A stretch of DNA of 59,382 nucleotides, the filler included, from Dimargaris cristalligena (lineage: Eukaryota): NCBI GenBank assembly GCA_003614675.1. It is 5 parts of 5 records of this genome, joined end to end, with 100 filler letters (N's around TTAATTAATTAA, not from the genome) between each part and the next. Parts side by side here need not be neighbours in the genome. Positions count along the whole stretch, not along the records: positions 47,618 to 59,382 come from ML003087.1; 4 more parts are not named here. The stretch is one strand, 5' to 3'. Position 1 is the stretch's first letter, and each line of letters starts with the position of its first letter. This document shows, one piece after another, positions 51,657 through 59,382 of this stretch. A model generated the notes under the pieces. The model worked only from the letters and a program-made list of their open reading frames with translations, ran no database searches and was not told the DNA's origin. Both the position numbers and the translations under genes were made by a program.

Positions 51657-52838
51657 ATGCCCCTTGCCTCGCCCATTAACTTTCCCCGCTGGCTCGAGGC
51701 CAACAAGCATCGCTTGGTGCCTCCCGTCAACAACGCTCTTCTCCAGCAGGGCGACTTCCTCATTATGATCGTGGGCGGCCCCAACCGTCGCACCGACTAC
51801 CACCTTAACCAAACCGAGGTACGCCTGGGCTGTCTACCACACACCGCTAGAGTGTTTGCTTAAATCATCCATTCCACAATCACCCTATAGTGATTGGCTA
51901 TTCCTGAGTATTTGTGTATGTATAGAGAGGGTATCTTTTACCTATAGGTGCCATACCTATCCCCTATTTCGCCAGCTATTTCCTCTGTAGTTGATCCACT
52001 ACTAATAGTTACTCCCCTATTATCTCCCCAAAATCAACCACGCCCTCGTCGGCTTCTCCCATTATAACTGCCCGTCTCTACCCGAAGGAATGGTTCTACC
52101 AATACCAGGGCAACATGCTCCTAAAAGTGGTAGATGCCGGGAAGTTTGTCGACATTCCAATCAACGAGGGCGACATGTTCTTGCTTCCTGGTAAGTTGAG
52201 TGGTATTCCCAAATCCCATTCACAATAGAGAGTTATATACTACCTGCATTAATTAATCATCGGTCGGTTACTCTCCCGACATCCACTCTTTCCCATCTCA
52301 CCTGTACTCGCATCTGGCATTCCCATTTTCATGGATTATCCCCATCTTTTAAAATACCTAAAATATAGCCAATACACCCCACTGCCCGGTACGTTTCGCC
52401 GACACCGTTGGGATCGTTATCGAGCGCAAGCGACGAGCTGATGAAACCGGTAGGTGATTCTCTGTAATAGATTGCCGATAATGTAGATTCCAGCCGGACG
52501 CCGGGAGGTTTCCTAATCCAAATGAGGTTAACCTTCCGATCCGGAATTTCCGTCTGTAATCCGGGTAGCGACTTTGATTATCCGGGCTATATGGCTAGTA
52601 TATATGGCAGTCTATCCCAACTAACATCGCCCACTGCATTCTTGTGTTTTAATTGGGTTTCTGGAAACCCCCAGATGGACTGCGCTGGTACTGTGACCAA
52701 TGTCGCGAGCTTCTTTACGAAGAGACATTTCACTGCCAAGACTTGGGCAGTGACTTGAAGCCCATCATTGAGCGCTACGCCCAAGACGAGTCCTTGCGAC
52801 TGTGTGCCAAGTGTGGTCACTTAAATGAGGCCAGATAG
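51657..52838 (+). CDS. BNA1: 3-hydroxyanthranilate 3,4-dioxygenase; 4 exons (51657-51818, 52088-52190, 52369-52449, 52675-52838)
   Basis: [11 protein letters not shown]...PPVNN...[24 protein letters not shown]...[25 protein letters not shown]...|[10 protein letters not shown]...DLGSDLK...CAKCG; all junctions are GT-AG and in frame. Confidence 0.95.
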
Positions 52839-53201
52839 TCCGATTCACGCGATTCGGTTTGTCGAAATGTGTCAGGAAGCTTGCCCGTATAGCTTCTACA
52901 CACATAGATATCTATACATGTGTGTATAGATATTGTAGCCCGCTATTTTGAAGGGTATTTTATGGAGATGATTTTTTATTCCAGGCGACTTGTCCGATGG
53001 AATACTGGCCAAAAGGCCAGTCTATTACTATATAAGAGCCCCACCATTTGTCTATTTTGTATATGCATCTCAGTTTATCTTTTTGGATAAATATAGCCGT
53101 TCCTGATACAAGTGGATTGAAGCCTCTGTAGATACACACCCACATACATCGGAAACATACTTATTTACGCTCCACTATATAAGCCCAGTAACTATAAATT
53201 A

Positions 53202-54156
53202 CTAAAGAGCCTCCAAAAGGACAAATTCGTAGCGATGGCCACTTTCCTGCTGGGCCTCAGGGGATACCACAACTGGCGCCACAATTTCCACTAGTCGGCT
53301 ATGCGGCTGGCGTACAAATCGAGTCGGGATGGGTCCAAAGAACGTGTCGTAAGGGGTTGCATCATCGGCCGGTGTATCCATCAGCTCCACCTCCGTTAGG
53401 AAAATCTTCTTACACAGGGGGTGGGCCAGGCAGGCATCGTAGACCTGCCCACCACCGATAATATATGCATCACCCAGTACTACATCGCTGGCCGGGGTGA
53501 CGTTTGATTGCAAAGGTTGTGGGAGTAGTGATGTGAGATAGTCGAGGGCTAAGTCGAGGGATGACACAACCCGGAGGTTCGTACTGGTTTGGTGGCCGGA
53601 CGATCTACATACCGGGCCGAATTACCGCAAAACATAAAGAAAAAAACAAAAGGAAAATCGGGGACATTATATAACAATGTGTATCTAAAATGCTAGGTAT
53701 TGACCAGGGCTAGAGCTCTTCACCCTCTAAACGACGGTCAGAATCCGATTGCCAGCGGCCTTGACCTATTTTACGAACGTTCGTTAAAACTTACGCTAAA
53801 AGGTCGGGGTTGCGCGATATCACGATATTGATGCGGTCTTTGAGGGGTCGAAAGCGGGGGGGAATCGATTCCCAAGTGCGACGGCCCATAATCACCGCAT
53901 TGCGCACGGGGACTGAACCCACCGCCCCTTCAGGCGTGTCCGTATTAGGCAAGCCCCGCCGCGGTTGGGCCGACGCCGCTGCCGCCAACGCTCCGGTCGT
54001 CAATTGCCGGAAAAATTTCATATCCCCCGCCAGGCGCCAAGGCAGGTCCCCCCCTTGCCCAATCCCCCCACCCTCCCGGGCGGCGGCCACCACTATGCGG
54101 AGCTCTAGTGGCAGGGCCGCCGAAGCGGATGTGGTTGGAAGAGTTGAATCGGCCAT
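53202..54156 (-). CDS. DFR1: Dihydrofolate reductase; 2 exons (54156-53795, 53604-53202)
   Basis: IVVAA...GIGQGGDLPWRLAGDMKFFRQLT, NAVIMGRRTWESIP...RPLKDRINIVISR, YIIGGGQVY, DTFF. Confidence 0.95.
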
Positions 54157-54548
54157 AGTGGGTAAGGTAGTGGTGGGTCGGGGACTGTCGAAGCAATGCC
54201 GCAGTGGCTTAAAAAGAAACCCGGGCGGTTAAATAAATGGGATTGTGGGAGGTTTTTACCAAAGTGGAAATGCCCAAAAAGAAACTAAAGCAGATAGTTA
54301 GGAAAAGCGAGATATACGAAGAACGGGGAGAATGAGCGAGTAGAGTTAACGGGAAAGGTAGAGAGAGAGGGTCTTGAGAAATATACAACGTTACCCAATG
54401 GTGGTTCAACTGGCCCTGGGGATACAATGGAGTGGGTGGGAAAGCCCTGGCAGGTTTGACAAATGTAACCATTACTTAGCAGGTTTGACTAGGTTAAAAT
54501 GACAGGGAGGATAACTAACCAGAAGGGAGGATTTGCAACTAAAGGAAA

Positions 54549-54694
54549 CATATGGGAGTAGTTCAACAAGGCTGTATAACGAAAAATTCATTTGATGAGG
54601 CAAGTACTACTGGTTGAAAATAAATCTCCCATACATTATCCCATACACATATCGGTTAAACCCCTATACAACCGAGCTGAACTTTACCCATATA
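54549..54694 (+). mobile_element. MITE-like element, copy 4
   Basis: CATATGGGAGTAGTTCAAC...TGAACTTTACCCATATA, highly similar to 29519-29664 on another contig. Confidence 0.8.
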
Positions 54695-54773
54695 TTGACA
54701 GGAGGCAAGTGAGTGAATGAGAGAAAGGGGTAATTAAAACTACGCCCCTGCCGTAGCCTCTAGATCCTGAAAG

Positions 54774-54916
54774 ACATGGGTGCAATTCGGCCCAACTGTA
54801 TAAGGTTTTAAATGATGTGTATGGGATAATGTATGGGAGATTTATTTTCAACCAGTAAGATTTGCTTCATCCAATGGATTTTTCGCTATTCAGCTCGGTT
54901 GAACCTTTCCCACATG
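54774..54916 (-). mobile_element. MITE-like element, copy 5, inverted relative to copy 4
   Basis: Contains TGTATGGGATAATGTATGGGAGATTTATTTTCAACCAGTA, the exact reverse complement of an internal stretch of copy 4. Confidence 0.78.
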
Positions 54917-55753
54917 TAAATACCAATAATCATTTAAATAATCCCCAACATAGTATCGGTTGATCTGAGGTATCATTTCAACCATAAAAATATGGGACTC
55001 CAACGCTTCCACAAAACTCCAGTTATGCGACCATTAAGTAGTATTCCCCAGACAGTCCCCCATATCCAACACAGTTCGCCCTGGCTTGGAACAACCACTA
55101 ACTGGCAACTGAAGAAGAACAGGCACTCGGAAAGGGAAACAGGGGTCGGGTAAACATCAATTGAAAATGACCGACCTACACTACTTATATTGGCGTAATA
55201 GTATTGAAAATACAAAATATGGGGTAATGGGTCGGGAGGGCGGGAAGCAGAACAATGCCAGCACGCCTTGATGGGGTGTGTATTCGGAAGAAAGGCCAGT
55301 GTATTTTTATCACATTTGCGCTGGACATATGTATGACTGATTGGACATTTTTGAACGAGTGTGCCATACGAGAGAGAACTAGAGTTGACCCGATGGCATA
55401 TGGGAATCAAGGATTGCCCATAAATTGATGTACAACCTTAATGCAAGCAAGAGGAGACGGCGATAACGGTGTTTATCGGGGACCATTCCCATGAAGACAC
55501 CCTTAAATCCCCGTAGTTGTCGTTGTGTGTTTTATATGTAAATTGCTAAGGATTGCCCACTAAACGCAGCAGCAACTTCGTCGTCACTGTGGTTTCTGTC
55601 TATCTTTCTCAATTTCTTAAATATCTCGTCATTTTTTCTCTTAATGCTAGCATAGGCGGTCTTGGGCACCAACAAGCAAATACTAACGTTTTTTTCTTGA
55701 CTTGTTTACACCTCAATAGATCCCCTAGCCCTGCGGCCCAGCTTTTAAATGCA

Positions 55754-57442
55754 ATGCGCTTTAGAACAGAACCCATTTCGTTCTTACTAGGCTTGTTGAC
55801 TTCAAGCCTTGCCTCCATTCAAAATAATATCGCCAGGGGTTTCGCCTGGTATGCAGACAACCAAATTGCCCCCGGTAATTTTCAAAATGCAGCGCAGCAT
55901 CAATACCAAGAGCCTTTATATCCTGGTTTGGTCTCCGATGATGCCCATTTGTACTCATCCGCTCCATTCTATGACAAAGAATTAGACATCTACCAATCTA
56001 TTTTGAAAGACATCTCTGTCGAAGATACGCCGGAATCCCAAGTATTCGGGGCTCCTCCAGCCGTGGTCGTGGCCCAGCCCGATCCCGAATGGGGTTTGGA
56101 CAGTTTTCCAAGCCCTCCCAAAGCTCTGGGTCGTAATGATAAAGAGCCGGCCTGGAACCAACCGGGCTCTGATGACCTACCGCCGGACTACTACAATGCC
56201 TATATTCCGTTCACATTTGACCCCATAGCCATTGAACCGGGCTATATGGAGGATAGTAGTACTAGGAGTAGTGGTGGTGGTGTATTTTCATTCACGGACC
56301 AGCTCGATGTTGATAATTCGCCATCAATCAACTTTTTCGGGTATAATCCGACCGCCTTAGTACCAAAGCCAGTCGAACCGTATCAATCGGAGGATAGCAG
56401 GATCAATGGGGACAACCTTCAATTCACCAACAAATACGGCTCTGATTATCCGTCCCCGCTCTATGGCGGTGGGAGTATTTCGGGCCCTTTGGTGGCGGGT
56501 TCCTTTCAACCATATCCAGTAGAGGCTCGGATTGATCCAACGGGCGGATTGTTATTCCCAAACCCCAGTGAAAACAGCGATTCACCACCGGGCTACTGCC
56601 GCGAGTGTGATATTTTGGCTGCGTCTAACCCAGAATTCAGCGAACCACCCCAATGGGAGGGCTATGATAACCCGGGGAATATCCCCCCATCTTCAGCACA
56701 ACCGTTTATATTCAACTATCCGCTACCGGAATTTTGCCCCCAGTGTATTCCGCCCACGCCACAACCCCCCGCCCCTGTCAACCCGGGTCGCGGTATAGTA
56801 AACCGGGGCCGAGGCCATCTCCGTCGGTATCCTAACCCGAAGGCGACGAACGTGGGCCCGGCTAGCGGTATTCCGGGGGAAGCTGGTGACCCAAATCATG
56901 GCGGGATAAACCGGGGCCGAGGCCATCTCCGTCGGTATCCTAATCCGAAGGCGACGAACGTGGGCCCGGCTAGCGGTATTTCGGGGGAAGCTGGTGACCC
57001 AAATCATGGCAGGATAAACCGGGGCCAGGGCCAACTCCGGCATCACCCTATTCCAGCCGTGGTGACAACATTAGGGCTGACCGATAGTACACCGGGGGAG
57101 ACGGGTGTTGACTCTCCGGTGGCGGACCCCACACCATCACCACCGCCACCGCCACCCCGCCGGGCGGCGCATCCAAGGAAGAAGGCCGCCCGCCTAAGCC
57201 CACCCTATAAATGTCCCTTTTGTGAACGCCAGTTTATTCGTAAGTACGACATGGAGCGACATATCCGTATTCATACCGGCGAGAAACCGTTCATCTGTAA
57301 AACCTGCCTTGAGACTTTTATTCGTAAGGACACCCTTAAAACCCACCGCTGGAGGTCGGGATGCAATCGACGACAGCCGGCTGCCTGTGAACTAGTTGAT
57401 ACAATGTCCCCTTCCTCCTCAAGGCCTGATATTAATCAATAG
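55754..57442 (+). CDS. C2H2 zinc-finger protein with signal-peptide-like N-terminus and internal 36-aa repeats
   Basis: First in-frame ATG at 55754 (MRFRTEPISFLLGLLTSSLAS), preceded by TACTAAC (55681) and TAG (55717-55719) suggesting a 5' UTR intron; YKCPFCERQFIRKYDMERHIRIH-TGEKPF-ICKTCLETFIRKDTLKTHRWRSGC. Confidence 0.8.
   Translation: MRFRTEPISFLLGLLTSSLASIQNNIARGFAWYADNQIAPGNFQNAAQHQYQEPLYPGLVSDDAHLYSSAPFYDKELDIYQSILKDISVEDTPESQVFGAPPAVVVAQPDPEWGLDSFPSPPKALGRNDKEPAWNQPGSDDLPPDYYNAYIPFTFDPIAIEPGYMEDSSTRSSGGGVFSFTDQLDVDNSPSINFFGYNPTALVPKPVEPYQSEDSRINGDNLQFTNKYGSDYPSPLYGGGSISGPLVAGSFQPYPVEARIDPTGGLLFPNPSENSDSPPGYCRECDILAASNPEFSEPPQWEGYDNPGNIPPSSAQPFIFNYPLPEFCPQCIPPTPQPPAPVNPGRGIVNRGRGHLRRYPNPKATNVGPASGIPGEAGDPNHGGINRGRGHLRRYPNPKATNVGPASGISGEAGDPNHGRINRGQGQLRHHPIPAVVTTLGLTDSTPGETGVDSPVADPTPSPPPPPPRRAAHPRKKAARLSPPYKCPFCERQFIRKYDMERHIRIHTGEKPFICKTCLETFIRKDTLKTHRWRSGCNRRQPAACELVDTMSPSSSRPDINQ
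56801..57050 (+). repeat. 108-bp coding tandem repeat (2 full copies plus a partial third)
   Basis: Units begin AACCGGGGCC at 56801, 56909 and 57017 and encode NRGRGHLRRYPNPKATNVGPASGI(P/S)GEAGDPNHG(G/R)I. Confidence 0.93.
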
Positions 57443-57700
57443 TAATGGCAGAGGTGAGTGATATTGCAGCTACCCACCCTTGTTCGTTCCATGGTTTGCA
57501 AATAATAGGTGGGGTTGTTTGGTTGTTTCGTACCTTGTCCGAACTTATCTCAACTTGTCATCTAGAAGGGTTATCACACTGTATTCCCTTTATCTTTTTA
57601 TTGAATATGGAGTATGAAGGGGCTTTCGATTCCTACTGCAGATGGTGGTTACCCCAAATTATTGGCAAAACACTAAGTAATAGTACAATAAAATTGACGG

Positions 57701-59382
57701 AAAATTAATGGTTTATTCTCATGACTTCTGTGGATTAGAACTTTTGTAGAGATCAACCAATTCACATGAAAAGCTATTTTTACCCAAATAAAAAATTGAG
57801 CAACCAATGTGCCAACTCAAAGGTTGTTATAGATATATTGCTTTTGAATAATAAAGTCTGATAAGAAAATACAATAGTGTTTAAGTATAAATGGGGATGC
57901 CAAAGAGTGGTAGTATAAAATTACTGAGAATTAAAGCAGCCATTAGAAAGGGAAGAGTAACCATTCCTACAGGACTGATATATTCTAACATTGGCAAATA
58001 CCTATGTACTGTTATGGTCATATTGACCATCTTTAGTAAGCACTGGGTTATCTTATGGCAGATCCTTCCAAATATAGAATATACTGTATTGGTTAATAGG
58101 AATAGCCTTCAGGATGACTATAGTACCCAGCCTAGAACTGGTAATGGACCTATACCAGAGCTCCCGCCCCCTCCATGGATCTAGGAGGTTTCCTTTATGT
58201 TATATTTTGTTACACACTATTTGATATACTAATAAACCTTTTATAAAAGGTACAGTACCAGTACTGAGGCATGTTAGTTGAATAGCTACTCCAGATGGGG
58301 ATGCTGTCCCCAGGATTTATCAGTAGTTAAGGCAGACTATCCATATATTAAGTACCTAATCATATATTATTAACTGAGGATAGATAGCTAGGTGAGAAAT
58401 GTATAAAAAGTAAAGAGCATATAAGATCTTTATAACTCTAGCTATTGTTACTATCACCTGGGTTATCTACTCTTAGTCCATCAAGAGTCCCTGTCACCTA
58501 GGTTAACCCCTCTTTTTTTATTAAGAGTCCTGAGGATAGGCTTCTAATAGTAGATAGGGCTTAGGCTTGGCTAAGTGGGCTACTAGCATCAGATACAGGA
58601 TACTGTACTCACTAATAAAGGCTAAGTGTAGGTATATGCAAGGGATATACAGCAGGTACACTTGCTAGTCAGTATAAGGGGGAATAAGTATAAATAGAGA
58701 TTATTAGGGTAAACTAAGGGGTAAGAATATGCTAAGGAATCTAACTGGTCCCAATAGGGCCTAGTTATATATATTTAGGGATAGCTCTATAGGGTGGTCC
58801 TAAGGGAAGGATACTACTAAGACTAAGGTATAGACAAATGGGCTGACAAGATAGTCATGGGTATCTGGAAGTCTCTGATGGTATTTTAATCATATTAACT
58901 ACCCTTAGTAGGTACTGGGTTATATAGTAGTAGATCCTTTTATATATGTAATATACTATACTGGCTATTAAGAATAGCCTATAGGGTAACTATGATACCC
59001 AGCCTAGGGCTTGTAATAAATTTATACCTTACCTCCTACTCCCCTCTATAGATCTAGGAGGCACCCTTTCTATTCTATTTAATACTTATTATTTGGTATA
59101 CTAATAAGGCTTTTATAAATATTACAATAGTAATTAGAAGAGTCTATGGATCAGTACATGAGTAAATAGTGTAAATAAGTGGAGTCTGGGTAGGGGAAAG
59201 GTTATATATAGTGAAGGATGATTCCATGGTACTAGGTGTGGATATGGGAAAGCTAATATGGTACAATAGGGCCTAATATAGTCAGGAGTCTAATCAGGCT
59301 AGATTAAGATAGGCTAGAGGGTGTAAAGAACTGAAATCAAATCCTTGAAAACTGAACTTTATTTGAAAAGATAGATAATAAA
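57701..59382. repeat. AT-rich, CpG-purged degenerate repeat region containing a ~230-bp diverged direct repeat (58019-~58247 and 58891-~59119)
   Basis: I counted one CG dinucleotide in ~1.7 kb. Shared anchors CTGGGTTAT, GAATAGCCT, TACCCAGCCTAG, GATCTAGGAGG and TATACTAATAA recur at about 872 bp offset. Confidence 0.75.

Noticed and set aside
52897-52932. Short inverted repeat (TACACACAT...ATGTGTGTA) between the BNA1 and DHFR 3' ends
   Set aside because: Low-complexity purine-pyrimidine sequence; such hairpins arise by chance and are not terminators in eukaryotes.
55553-55753. N-terminal 67 codons of the 629-aa ORF call
   Set aside because: Starts at TTG and spans a branch point (TACTAAC) and acceptor, so it is probably intron/UTR; the first ATG is at 55754.
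56801-57050. Regularly spaced repeats considered as a CRISPR-like array
   Set aside because: Contiguous in-frame coding duplications without unique spacers, in a eukaryotic gene.

Overview
Fungal genomic DNA with GT-AG introns and CTAAC-type branch points. The gene content (SMS-type lipid synthase, RalGAP-alpha-like gene, bacterial-style NRPS relic) points to an early-diverging fungus; a Dimargaris/Kickxellomycotina-like origin is inference only. The window is not one locus: five ~11.8-kb contigs are joined by artificial 100-bp N-TTAATTAATTAA-N linkers. Contig 1 holds PEX3, a frameshifted NIC96/NUP93, an intronless retropepsin + dUTPase-fold fusion ORF and a truncated secreted-type ORF. Contig 2 holds a BRD8-like bromodomain gene, ATG8 and a large SSK1-like regulator with a hydrophobic N-terminus. 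Contig 3 holds a decayed NRPS module, PRP5/DDX46 and the 5' part of SPT5. Contig 4 holds a sphingomyelin-synthase-like gene, an FKBP12 with an optional N-terminal anchor and the 5' part of a RalGAP-alpha-like gene. Contig 5 holds tRNA-Gln(CTG), DAHP synthase, BNA1, DHFR, a C2H2 protein with a signal-peptide-like N-terminus and an almost CpG-free duplicated tail. A ~145-bp MITE-like element occurs five times on three contigs. Best novelty leads: the stand-alone protease-pseudo-dUTPase gene, the putative secreted zinc-finger factor, the membrane-anchored Ssk1, the ARO4/BNA1/DHFR neighbourhood with Gcn4-type sites, the AC/GT-paired PEX3 intron and the CpG-purged region. All family calls come from motif recognition by eye; no searches were run.
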